The notes under the pieces were generated by a model, which saw only the letters and a list, made by a program, of their open reading frames with translations, searched no databases and was not told the DNA's origin. A stretch of DNA of 64,000 bases from a virus (Duplodnaviria; Caudoviricetes): positions 14,215 to 78,214 of the IMG/VR virus record IMGVR_UViG_2929656146_000003; one strand, 5' to 3'. Positions 30,266-38,571 of the stretch are shown piece by piece (within the stretch, counting starts at the first letter, position 1; each line of letters begins with the position of its first letter). The translations under genes were made by a program, and so were the position numbers.

Positions 30266-30492
30266 CAGGCGGCGTCCGCCAGGTCGTGCATCGCCTGGAT
30301 CTTGGCCGCGACGACCGCGCGGGGGATGCGGATGGCACCGCCGCGACCGGCCTGGCCGCGGGACCACTGCTTGCCGTGGCGGATCGCTTCGAGCTCTCCG
30401 TCCTGCACCCAGCGGTAGATGGTGGGGATGCTGACCCGGAGCGCTTTCGCGACCTCCTTGACGGTCAGGACCGGTGGACTCTCGGGCAGCAT
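30265..30492 (-). CDS. Excisionase-like (HTH_17) DNA-binding protein
   Basis: 'LTVKEVAKALRVSIPTIYRWVQDGELEAIR...IRIP'; first gene of the leftward operon. Confidence 0.85.
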   Translation of the reverse strand: MLPESPPVLTVKEVAKALRVSIPTIYRWVQDGELEAIRHGKQWSRGQAGRGGAIRIPRAVVAAKIQAMHDLADAA

Positions 30493-30538
30493 GCTGAAGC
30501 CCTCCTTCCGAGGGGTTCCTCGTTGGCTGATGGACACA

Positions 30539-30577
30539 ACTATATAGGTTCTCTTGAGAAGCTGCAATGTTCTCAGG
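30539..30577 (-). promoter_or_regulatory. Leftward promoter/operator
   Basis: Minus strand TTGCAG-N17-TATAGT; spacer contains palindrome TTCTC-NN-GAGAA. Confidence 0.75.
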
Positions 30578-30664
30578 CTGTGTTCGAGCTACCAGGGCCG
30601 CAACCTTGTGCCTTAACTTGAAAGGCGACAAGGTTTCCCGCTCTGTGCCAAAAGGAGGCGACTG

Positions 30665-31207
30665 ATGGCTGACGAAGGCCAGCTGGACGCGTCGGCTGCC
30701 TACCTCCGAGCACCCACCAGCGGACACCGCGATGCATGGAGCGAGCTCGCACGCGCATCTGGGCGGCAGGGTGGTCAACGGCTGATTGAAGTGGGTGAAG
30801 TCGAGGCGCCAGAAGGCGTCGCCTGCGCGCTCCGTTTGCCCGTAGGGGCGCTCGTCTCGATCCGGCGCAGGGTGATCACGCTTGATGGCCGTGCAGTGGA
30901 AGTCGCAAGTTCCTACTACCCGGCCGACATAGCGGCGGGCACTCCGCTGGCGAGACCCGCACGCATTCGAGGCGGGGCTGTGGCGGTGTTGGCAGCCCTC
31001 GGGCACCAACCAGTGGTTGCTCACGAGGAAGTGGCGGCCAGGCCAGTGTCAGCAGCTGAGCTGGAGATCCTTGACGCGAACCCGTCTGACTGGGTCCTCG
31101 ATCTCCTGCGAATTGCTCTGGATGTGACTGGGCGCCCTGTCGAGGTCTCTCTGATGACCATGCTGGCCGTTGGCCGGAAGCTCCACTACACCGTCGAGAT
31201 CGGCTGA
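30665..31207 (+). CDS. Stand-alone UTRA-domain protein (no HTH)
   Basis: 'RRRVITLDGRAVEVASSYYP.DIA.GT.L..P.RIRGG...EEVAAR' parallels the UTRA domain of the next gene; AGGAGG RBS; no N-terminal wHTH. Confidence 0.8.
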   Translation: MADEGQLDASAAYLRAPTSGHRDAWSELARASGRQGGQRLIEVGEVEAPEGVACALRLPVGALVSIRRRVITLDGRAVEVASSYYPADIAAGTPLARPARIRGGAVAVLAALGHQPVVAHEEVAARPVSAAELEILDANPSDWVLDLLRIALDVTGRPVEVSLMTMLAVGRKLHYTVEIG

Positions 31208-31211
31208 GATC

Positions 31212-32015
31212 ATGAAAGAACACGACATCAGTACCACCAGTGAGGCACCGGACAAGCCGACTCTTGAGCAGGAAAAGGGCGCCTGGCCGCAACACGAACT
31301 CCTGGCGAGCTACCTGCGCGACGGCATCCTGTCCGGCGACTTCCCTGCCGGCAGCCTGCTGCCGTCGACGAGGCTCCTGCGAGAGAAGTTCGGGGTTGCA
31401 CCCCAGACCATCAAGCACGCAAATGACCAACTGGCCAGCGAGGGCCTTGTCCGCAGCCACCGAGGCAAGGGCATCATCGTGCTTGATCGCCGCCCACAGA
31501 CCGTGGTGCCTGCGGCGACCAAAAGGCCGGCAAACCCGGGTGACCCGTATCGCTGGATCACCGAAGCATCGAAGAGTGGGCTGCAGGGAGCGAGTGTCCT
31601 TCTCGACGTAGACGAGGTCGTTCCGCCCAAAGACGTTGCGCGGGCGCTCGGACTTGGGGCGAGTGGCGTGGCCCTTCGGCGCGAGCAAGTCCTCACGCTC
31701 GACGGCGAGCCGGCCGAATACGTGAGGGCGTACTACCCTGTGGATATCGCGCGAGGCACTGAGATCGCCGTTCGCAAGCGGATCAGGGGCGGGACGCCGC
31801 GGGTCCTTCAGGACCTTGGGTATCCGCCGCTCAGGTGTGTGGACACTGTTTCGGCGCGTGTTCCGACGCCGGACGAGGTCAAGGCCCTGGGTACGCCCAC
31901 CAAGGTTCCAGTCCTCAGGACACTGCGCGTGGTTCACAGCGTTGACGACAGAGTGGTGGAGGTCGCTGTGATGGCGAAGGCAGGCCACCTCTACGAGCTG
32001 CAGTACGACTTCTAG
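31212..32015 (+). CDS. GntR/HutC-family repressor with UTRA domain (KorSA/TraR-like)
   Basis: 'LRDGILSGDFPAGSLLPS...FGVAPQTI..A...LASEGLV....GKG' GntR HTH plus UTRA. Confidence 0.9.
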   Translation: MKEHDISTTSEAPDKPTLEQEKGAWPQHELLASYLRDGILSGDFPAGSLLPSTRLLREKFGVAPQTIKHANDQLASEGLVRSHRGKGIIVLDRRPQTVVPAATKRPANPGDPYRWITEASKSGLQGASVLLDVDEVVPPKDVARALGLGASGVALRREQVLTLDGEPAEYVRAYYPVDIARGTEIAVRKRIRGGTPRVLQDLGYPPLRCVDTVSARVPTPDEVKALGTPTKVPVLRTLRVVHSVDDRVVEVAVMAKAGHLYELQYDF

Positions 32016-32038
32016 CCCCTGCGTCGGGAGCGATCAAG

Positions 32039-32072
32039 CTACGGCCCTGCCTTAGTCATGGCGGGGCCGTAG
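32039..32072. terminator. Bidirectional terminator hairpin
   Basis: CTACGGCCCTGCC...GGCGGGGCCGTAG between convergent GntR and PemK genes. Confidence 0.7.
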
Positions 32073-32078
32073 TAGTTG

Positions 32079-32465
32079 CTAGCCGAGTTCTCCGAGGAGC
32101 CCGAATGAGCGGGCCAGGACTGTGTTCAGCTCGGCCATCTGGGGAGGGCGCAGGCGACCAGCGAAGCGTTCGAGGCGGGACTGGTCGATGGTCATCACCT
32201 GAAATCCCAGGATGTCACCGGCATCGGGGAGGGGGTCACCAGCCTGAAGGGTCACCGTGATGGGGGAGGTTTCGCGAACCCTGGTTGTCATCGCCGCGAC
32301 GGTCACCGTAGGCATACGGCTATTGAACGAGTCCAGCGAGATCACGACGGCGGGCCGATGGCCGGCCTGCTCTGAACCGCGTGCTGGGTCGAAGTCCACC
32401 CAGTAGATGTCTCCCCGCTGAGGGGACGGCGGCCGCCTGAGAGGCGGAGGGCTCGGTACGGGCAC
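32079..32465 (-). CDS. PemK/MazF-family endoribonuclease toxin
   Basis: 'RGDIYWVDFDPARGSEQAGHRPAVVIS...QVMTIDQSRL'. Confidence 0.92.
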   Translation of the reverse strand: MPVPSPPPLRRPPSPQRGDIYWVDFDPARGSEQAGHRPAVVISLDSFNSRMPTVTVAAMTTRVRETSPITVTLQAGDPLPDAGDILGFQVMTIDQSRLERFAGRLRPPQMAELNTVLARSFGLLGELG

Positions 32466-32474
32466 TCGGACAGC

Positions 32475-32729
32475 TTAGTACTCGGGCCACTCCGCCGAAC
32501 CCGCATCCCATGCGGCCGCAGCCCACTCTGCCGACTCGTCGGCGAATACTGCGAACGCATCTCCCAAGCCATCATCGGGGGACGGCGTGGCGGTGGCGAG
32601 TTCCACCTGTGGAGAGCTTTGCAGGGAGAGGGACAGCCAGGGGAAGCACTCCGCGAGGCTTGCTGACGGTGCGCCGACAAGTGGGTAAACCACCTGGGCG
32701 GAGTTGCTCTGAGAAGGTGCGGTGCTCAT
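32475..32729 (-). CDS. Putative antitoxin (acidic C-terminus)
   Basis: 84 aa directly upstream of the toxin; ends 'FADESAEWAAAAWDAGSAEWPEY'. Confidence 0.55.
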   Translation of the reverse strand: MSTAPSQSNSAQVVYPLVGAPSASLAECFPWLSLSLQSSPQVELATATPSPDDGLGDAFAVFADESAEWAAAAWDAGSAEWPEY

Positions 32730-33076
32730 GGCTGTTCCCCCTGTGCCTCGTCGTAGATCTCGGCCGCCGACTCCAGGATCTTGATGAGCTCCTGGATACG
32801 GTCTCGTGTCAGGACGAATCTGCCAAGAGGTTTCACGGGCAGCTTATGCCCGGATTCGGCCAACCGCTCGACGATCTCTTCGTCCGAGCCGAACAGTAGG
32901 GGTGGCTCAAGGATCCCCATGGTCAGGTAGATGGAGTCTGGCCGGCCTGACGCGTTTGGAACGCCGAGCGCAACGGCGAACTGGTTGGTCGGTTGAGCAG
33001 GGCCGGCGGGGTCTTCCCACACCAGTCGGAACTTCGCGGTGTGTGCCGTGGTGCTCGTGATGGGGGGCTTGGTCAC
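32726..33076 (-). CDS. Hypothetical protein, first gene of toxin operon (DUF3467-like pattern)
   Basis: 116 aa 'TNQFAV...IYLTMG..EPP...GRFVLT...QELIKIL'; ATGA-coupled to next gene. Confidence 0.6.
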   Translation of the reverse strand: MTKPPITSTTAHTAKFRLVWEDPAGPAQPTNQFAVALGVPNASGRPDSIYLTMGILEPPLLFGSDEEIVERLAESGHKLPVKPLGRFVLTRDRIQELIKILESAAEIYDEAQGEQP

Positions 33077-33206
33077 ACGGACAGTCTGCCACCGTCAACT
33101 GATCAGCATGCAGGCGCCAGCCAGGTTCCGCTGCGACTGGCCACCCTAAGGGGGGAACTGCCACGTATTGGCTGCGCCTGCGATTGCAGTTCAGGGCGCG
33201 CGCAGT

Positions 33207-33245
33207 CCCGAGAACATTGAAACTTCTCAATAGAACCTATAAGGT
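33207..33245 (+). promoter_or_regulatory. Rightward promoter/operator
   Basis: TTGAAA-N17-TAAGGT; 33207-33241 is a 31/35 inverted copy of 30543-30577. Confidence 0.75.
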
Positions 33246-33268
33246 TTGATGTGCTGCACAACGTAAGA

Positions 33269-33293
33269 CGGCCCCGCAGTAGGTGCGGGGCCG
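33269..33293 (+). other. Leader hairpin
   Basis: CGGCCCCGCA-GTAGG-TGCGGGGCCG, perfect 10-bp stem just downstream of the promoter. Confidence 0.6.
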
Positions 33294-33356
33294 CGACTTC
33301 ACCGCGCGTGCAAGTGGCCTGGTAACCGGAACACGCGCAGATCGGAGATCTCCATC

Positions 33357-33998
33357 ATGGCATTCGCCGTCAAGAGCGTCGACGTCACCCCGGCGGTGAC
33401 CCGATGATCGCCGTCACCGTCGCCCGCCCCACCGAGAACACCGCCGTCGGCCTCATGCCGGTCCGTGAGCTCGGCAACCTCGGCGCCTACCACCTCGCCC
33501 GGTTCGCCCTCAAGACCGGGGACATGTACGGCGCCCGCCTGTTCACCAAGAGCTACCTGCGCGCCCTGGCCGGCGGCAAGGTGGGGGAGTCGCTGTGATC
33601 ACCATGACCGCCCCGCGGATCACCGCCGGCCTCGTCCCCGTCGAGTTCGGCAACCCCGGGCCCGCGATGCACCCCGTGCAGATCGACGCCGTCACCCTGA
33701 TCGTCGGCTACGACCCGCGGGTCCTCGACGCCGACCTCGTTACCACGATCCTGCAGTCCGTGCACGGCGCCGACCTCGTCATCGTCGAGGAGGTGCCTGA
33801 GTGAAGCTCCTCCAGTCCCTCCACAAGGACCAGCCTGGCGCGGCCGCCCAGATCGCCGCGACCGCGGACGACGCCCGCACGCTCGGCTTCGAGAACGTCG
33901 CGACGCACTACGAGCCCCAGACAGGCCACCACACCGTCACGGGTGACCTGCCCGCGGCGACGGCGCAGCGCACCGTCGACCGGATCCTCGGCCGCTGA
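33357..33998 (+). CDS. Four coupled small ORFs (33357-33407, 33404-33598, 33595-33804, 33801-33998)
   Basis: RBS and chained ATGA/GTGA overlaps. Confidence 0.6.
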
Positions 33999-34111
33999 GG
34001 CCTGCTTGGGCCGCCCCGTGATGGGGCGGCCCCTCGTTCACCCTCACCTTCGTGTCCAGCTGGAGAAGCCGTGTTCCTGCGTACCCCTGCCGCCGTACTG
34101 GCGGTGCGCTG

Positions 34112-35089
34112 ATGGGGATCAAGCTGGTCGAAGAGGTCATGGACTGGTGTCCGGATGATGTGACGCCAGCGCAGCGCTGGTGTTTGACGGTGTTGGCGCG
34201 GGATGCGAACGACGCGACCCGGGAGACCTTTCACGGCCCGGAGCATCCCGAGATCCTGCGCCGGGTGCGGTTGTCGGCGAAGCGGTGGGAGGCGGTGCGG
34301 TCGTCGTTGTTGAAGCGGGGGTTGATCGAGCCGGTGTCAGGTGGGTATCGGGGGCGTGCGGGGCGGTATCGGATCGCGTGCTTGTTCGCTCCGTGTGTGA
34401 TTGGGGACGGTCGAAAGACCCCTGGTTTTCGGGGGGCTTTCGGTGGCTACCAGCCGGTAAGGGGGCAGAAAGACCCTCAGGTTCCGGGGGTCAATCACTC
34501 TGAAAGCCCCCCGGAACCTGAGGGTCTTTCGTCGGAAAGCCCCCTGGAACCCGAGGGGCAATCGGCCGAAAGACCCCCGGAAACCAGGGGTCCTACTCCT
34601 CCTTCTTTCTCCTCCCAACCACCCTCCTCCCGACCCGCGCCTCCCGAGCCGCCCACCGGACCCGAGCCGGACGACGGACGGGAGGGCGGGGGGACCGCCT
34701 CACGGCGGCAGGACAACCCCGCCTACGCCGCCCTCGCCCGCATCGCAGCCCGCCACCACCAACTCGCCCTCGGCGAAAACGAGATCGCCACCCTCGCCCC
34801 ACTCGTCGCCCCCTGGCTCCAGCGGACCACCGAGGCCCGCATGGAGCACGCGATCACCACGGGCATGCCCGCTACCGTCACCAACCCTGTCGGGTTCCTG
34901 CGCCGCCGGCTCGTCGAGAAGCTCCCTCCGCCGCTCGCCGCCGTCCCCGACGAAGAACGCTGCGGTCGCCCGAACTGCGACCCGATCACCCACATGGTCA
35001 CCCTCCCCGGAGGCGACCAAGCGCACTGCGCCACCTGCCACCCCACCGGGCGCGCCCTCGCCCGCCGAGCCCAAGGAACCGCCGCATGA
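34112..35089 (+). CDS. Replication initiator (HTH Rep), island copy
   Basis: N-terminal wHTH-like 'LTVLARDAND...LLKRGLIE....GRAGRYRI', internal DNA repeats, C-terminal 'NPVGFL..RL' and Zn motif; ATGA-coupled to DnaB. Confidence 0.75.
   Translation: MGIKLVEEVMDWCPDDVTPAQRWCLTVLARDANDATRETFHGPEHPEILRRVRLSAKRWEAVRSSLLKRGLIEPVSGGYRGRAGRYRIACLFAPCVIGDGRKTPGFRGAFGGYQPVRGQKDPQVPGVNHSESPPEPEGLSSESPLEPEGQSAERPPETRGPTPPSFSSQPPSSRPAPPEPPTGPEPDDGREGGGTASRRQDNPAYAALARIAARHHQLALGENEIATLAPLVAPWLQRTTEARMEHAITTGMPATVTNPVGFLRRRLVEKLPPPLAAVPDEERCGRPNCDPITHMVTLPGGDQAHCATCHPTGRALARRAQGTAA
34413..34593. repeat. Five iteron-like quasi-palindromes (candidate origin)
   Basis: GAAAG(A/C)CCC..GG....(G/A)GGG units start at 34413, 34468, 34502, 34535, 34568; first two inverted relative to last three. 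Confidence 0.75.
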
Positions 35090-36465
35090 CCGACCACGAC
35101 GACGACCAGGCCCTCGGCCCCGTCCCGCCGCAGGACCTCCACGCCGAACGCGCCGTCCTCGGCGCCATGCACCTCGCCTCCACCGCGGTTGCCGATGCCG
35201 TCGGCACCGGCCTGCGCGGCAGCGAGTTCTACCGCCCCGCCCACGAAAAGATCTACGACGCGATCGTCGCCCTGTACGCCGCCGGCGACCCTGCCGACCC
35301 GATCACCGTGTCCCGGCAGCTGGCCGTCACCGGCGACCTGGACAGGTGCGGTGGGCCCGGCTACCTGCACACGCTCGTCAAGGCTGCTCCGGCGGCGGCG
35401 AACGCCGAGTACTACGCGGCGATCGTCCGCGAGAAGGCCCGACTGCGTACTCTCGCGGTGGCGTTGAACCGCGGCTCGCTGATGATCGCCCAGGCCGAGG
35501 GCGATCCGGCCGAGGTTGTCGAGGCGATCCAGGCGGAGATCATTGCCGCAGCCGGGAACCCGGACGGGCCGGGCGCGTCCTCGGTCGGCCTGGCCGTCGT
35601 GCGCGACACCCTGGGAGCTGCTCTCGATGCGATCGAGGCCGTCAACGAGGGCTCTACGCCGATCGGCGTCCCGTGGGGCTTCAGGGACCTGGACGCGCTG
35701 ACCGGTGGCATGCACCCCGGCCAGATGATCGTCATTGCAGGGCGGCCGGGCATGGGCAAGTCCACCGGAGGTATGGACATCGCCCGGTCCGCCGCGATCG
35801 GGCACGGCCTCGGCACGGCGTTCTTCTCGCTGGAGATGTCCCGTGTCGAGATCATGAAGCGGTTGATCTGCGCCGAGGGATGCGTCCCCCTGCACCACAT
35901 GCAGGTCAAGGCTGGCATGACGGATGACGACTGGACGCGGGTTGCGAAGGTCATGCCGCGGATCTCGGACGCTCCGCTGTACCTCGACGACTCGCCGGAC
36001 CTGACGATGACGTCGATCCGGACGAAGGCCCGCCAGATCGCCGCTGAGACCGAGTTGAGGCTCATCGTGATCGACTACATGCAGCTGCTGCGGTCCGGGG
36101 GCGGGCACCGCTACGAGTCCCGGCAGCAGGAGGTCTCGGACCTGTCGAGGTCGATCAAGTTGCTGGCGAAGGAGTTGGAGATCCCGGTGATCGCCCTGTC
36201 GCAGCTGAACCGCGGCCCGGAGCAGCGCACCGACAAAAAGCCGATGGCGGCTGACCTGCGGGAGTCCGGGGCGATCGAGCAGGACGCCGACTTGATCATC
36301 CTGTTGCACCGTGAGGACGCCTACGACAAGGAGTCGGCGCGGGCGGGGGAGGCGGACTGGATCGTGGCGAAGAACCGGTCGGGGCCGACGTCGACGATCA
36401 CGGTCGCCTTTCAGGGGCACTATGCCCGTTTCGTCGACATGGCTGCGGATCTTCGGGCAGCCTGA
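35086..36465 (+). CDS. dnaB: Replicative DNA helicase
   Basis: 'PPQDLHAERAVLGA', 'AGRPGMGKST', 'FSLEMS', 'IDYMQL', 'LSQLNR', 'DLRESGAIEQDAD', 'KNRSGP'. Confidence 0.97.
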   Translation: MTDHDDDQALGPVPPQDLHAERAVLGAMHLASTAVADAVGTGLRGSEFYRPAHEKIYDAIVALYAAGDPADPITVSRQLAVTGDLDRCGGPGYLHTLVKAAPAAANAEYYAAIVREKARLRTLAVALNRGSLMIAQAEGDPAEVVEAIQAEIIAAAGNPDGPGASSVGLAVVRDTLGAALDAIEAVNEGSTPIGVPWGFRDLDALTGGMHPGQMIVIAGRPGMGKSTGGMDIARSAAIGHGLGTAFFSLEMSRVEIMKRLICAEGCVPLHHMQVKAGMTDDDWTRVAKVMPRISDAPLYLDDSPDLTMTSIRTKARQIAAETELRLIVIDYMQLLRSGGGHRYESRQQEVSDLSRSIKLLAKELEIPVIALSQLNRGPEQRTDKKPMAADLRESGAIEQDADLIILLHREDAYDKESARAGEADWIVAKNRSGPTSTITVAFQGHYARFVDMAADLRAA

Positions 36466-36566
36466 CCACCATCACCGAAAGGAGCGCCATGAAGCGCGAG
36501 TTGAACATCATCTGCCAGACCTGACGAGGATCCGCCAGCGTGCTGACCGGCGGCCTGTGACGAGAG

Positions 36567-36599
36567 CGCCCCACCGTGCTTGGGACACGGTGGGGCGCT
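36567..36599. terminator. Terminator hairpin
   Basis: GCGCCCCACCGTG...CACGGTGGGGCGC after dnaB, between convergent genes. Confidence 0.7.
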
Positions 36600-36699
36600 G
36601 CGGTGTTCGGCGGGCAACGTGAACACCTCGGGGTGACCACCCCTCGTGCCGTGGAACGCTACGCCTGCGGAACGGGGGAGTCCACATGTTGCGCAGCAG

Positions 36700-37047
36700 T
36701 CACTGCCGTGGCGGCCGGCCCCACGTCGTGTGCGTCGGCATCTGGCCCGGGCCCGGGGGATGCCCCATCCCGCCGTTGCTGTCGTGCTGTGGCGGCCCGA
36801 AATAGCCCGGCTGCCCCGGAGGTCCACCAGGGTCCTGAAAGCCCGTGTACGGGCCCTGTGGGGCCGCGACCGTCACCGTAGTCTTCGTCTTCCGGCCCAT
36901 CGCCGCCGCGATCGGCCAACCAGTGATCGCCCACAGGCCACACGTGATGATCGACAGAAACACGTGCAAGCCGTGGTTCGCACCCCGCTTCGTCACCCGC
37001 GTCTGCCGCTGCGGACCAGGCGGGGGAGGGTAGTTCTGGTAGGACAA
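36700..37047 (-). CDS. Small membrane protein
   Basis: 'NHGLHVFLSIITCGLW' TM hairpin with Pro-rich flanks; GAGGAG RBS. Confidence 0.7.
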   Translation of the reverse strand: MSYQNYPPPPGPQRQTRVTKRGANHGLHVFLSIITCGLWAITGWPIAAAMGRKTKTTVTVAAPQGPYTGFQDPGGPPGQPGYFGPPQHDSNGGMGHPPGPGQMPTHTTWGRPPRQ

Positions 37048-37135
37048 GGCGCTGCTCCTCGACTCCGGAGAACTGACTCGCCGAGCCTCCCAGGACCCAC
37101 CCCCGGCCCGTCGGCGACGTGATGAACCTGTGACG

Positions 37136-37663
37136 TCACCGCACCCCAGCCGACTCCCGCGCCACCAACTCGCCCGCCTGCAACCGGCAATCCCGCCACA
37201 CCACGAACCACCGCCGCCACGCCAGATACTGCGCCTCGCGGTCGAACCACGTCTCCAACGGCAACCGCTCCGGACACCCGTCCGGCAACGGCGCCACCCA
37301 CTCGATGTTCGCCGCCGGCAACTCCGCGCGGATCACCTCCCGCTCCACGGCGATCGCATCGTTCCCGCCGCACTGCAGCCACTCGACAGTCGTCCGCGAC
37401 CGGTCCACGTCCCGCCACCACGGCGTCGCCTTGCGGTGCTCCCGGAACCGGCGCTCCGGCGCCGTCGACAAGCCGACATACAGCAGCAGCCCGTTCCCGT
37501 CGTACAGCCGGTACAGGCCCGTCGGGCCATTCCAGAACGCGGCGTTGCGGGCCGCCACCTTCACGTCCCAACAGGGCCGACACCGGTCACCGGGCCACCG
37601 GCCGGGAGAGTGCTGGCCGCAGTCACGGCAAGGGCCGGCGCCCTGCGATCCGAGGAGCTCCAT
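37136..37663 (-). CDS. GIY-YIG nuclease-domain protein
   Basis: 'GLYRLYD...LLYVGLS..PERRFREH...WW...E...I..E.P..N'. Confidence 0.8.
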   Translation of the reverse strand: MELLGSQGAGPCRDCGQHSPGRWPGDRCRPCWDVKVAARNAAFWNGPTGLYRLYDGNGLLLYVGLSTAPERRFREHRKATPWWRDVDRSRTTVEWLQCGGNDAIAVEREVIRAELPAANIEWVAPLPDGCPERLPLETWFDREAQYLAWRRWFVVWRDCRLQAGELVARESAGVR

Positions 37664-37668
37664 TCAGG

Positions 37669-37941
37669 TCAGATGGCCCGCACTCGGGGCTGGCTCTCCG
37701 TGACCCGGTACCTGGCCGACTCGACCACGGACGCGGGGAACACGAACACCGTGTACTCGCCGCTCGGGTCCGGGGGGACGGTGCTGGAGGACCGCGTGTC
37801 GACGTGCACGAAGCCGTTGTCGAACGCCACCCGGACGTTCGCCAGCTGGTCGAGGAGGAGGGACTGGTGGCCCGGGGACGGGATGAGCTTGTCCTTGAGG
37901 CGGAGCTCGACTCCGCGGATCCACTGCAGAGAATTGTTCAT
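37669..37941 (-). CDS. Hypothetical protein
   Basis: 90 aa ORF ending 5 bp before the GIY-YIG start. Confidence 0.6.
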   Translation of the reverse strand: MNNSLQWIRGVELRLKDKLIPSPGHQSLLLDQLANVRVAFDNGFVHVDTRSSSTVPPDPSGEYTVFVFPASVVESARYRVTESQPRVRAI

Positions 37942-38150
37942 GGCGGGAGGCTAGCGGCGGGGTCGGACAATCAGCCCCCGCCGGTCGGCGCGAACGGCGT
38001 GTCGCTGTGGGGGACTTCCGCTCTGCCGGATGTGCTGGCTACAATCGCCGCCACGTCGGCCGGGTGCCCCAAGCCCGGACCACGACCAGTCGAAGGCTCC
38101 ACCCGCGCCAGGGTGGGGCCTTCTTGCGTTCCCGGACCAAGGAGACCCTC

Positions 38151-38444
38151 GTGCCCCACTGCAACCGGCTCGCCGGCCACTGCACCGAGACCGGCGACCA
38201 CTGGCTCCACTACGGACCCACTCACGCGATCCCCGCCCCGCCGGCGGCAGGCCACCCGAACCTGGTCGACCTACGGCTGGAGGAGTACGAGGAAGGCGGG
38301 CCGCTCCTCGTCCTCGCCTGGGGCGGTGATACCGCCAGTCTCAGCCCGGGCGGGGCGCTGCTCCTCGCCGCCCACTTCGTGCGGTTCGCGGCCCGCATGG
38401 TCGTCGCGGCCGTCCAGCTGGCGAAGGCCCGCCGCACCGCCTGA
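38151..38444 (+). CDS. Hypothetical protein
   Basis: AAGGAGA RBS + GTG; followed by two hairpins (about 38459-38487 and 38507-38531). Confidence 0.6.
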   Translation: MPHCNRLAGHCTETGDHWLHYGPTHAIPAPPAAGHPNLVDLRLEEYEEGGPLLVLAWGGDTASLSPGGALLLAAHFVRFAARMVVAAVQLAKARRTA

Positions 38445-38571
38445 ACCCCGCCACTGCAAGCCCCCGCCCACTCGGGCCGGGGGCTTTCTTCATGCCCGCA
38501 CACACAAGGCCCCGCCGAGTCGGCGGGGCCTCTCATACTTGGGCAGGGTGGAGTCGACGCGCTGTGCCTGA

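Noticed and set aside
34413-34593. Regularly spaced repeats as a possible CRISPR array
   Set aside because: Units are degenerate, nearly abutting, mixed in orientation and inside a coding gene; no spacers or cas genes.
21950-36650. Island as an autonomous AICE or PICI-like satellite
   Set aside because: No integrase or att-like direct repeats found by eye; not fully excluded without a computed repeat search.
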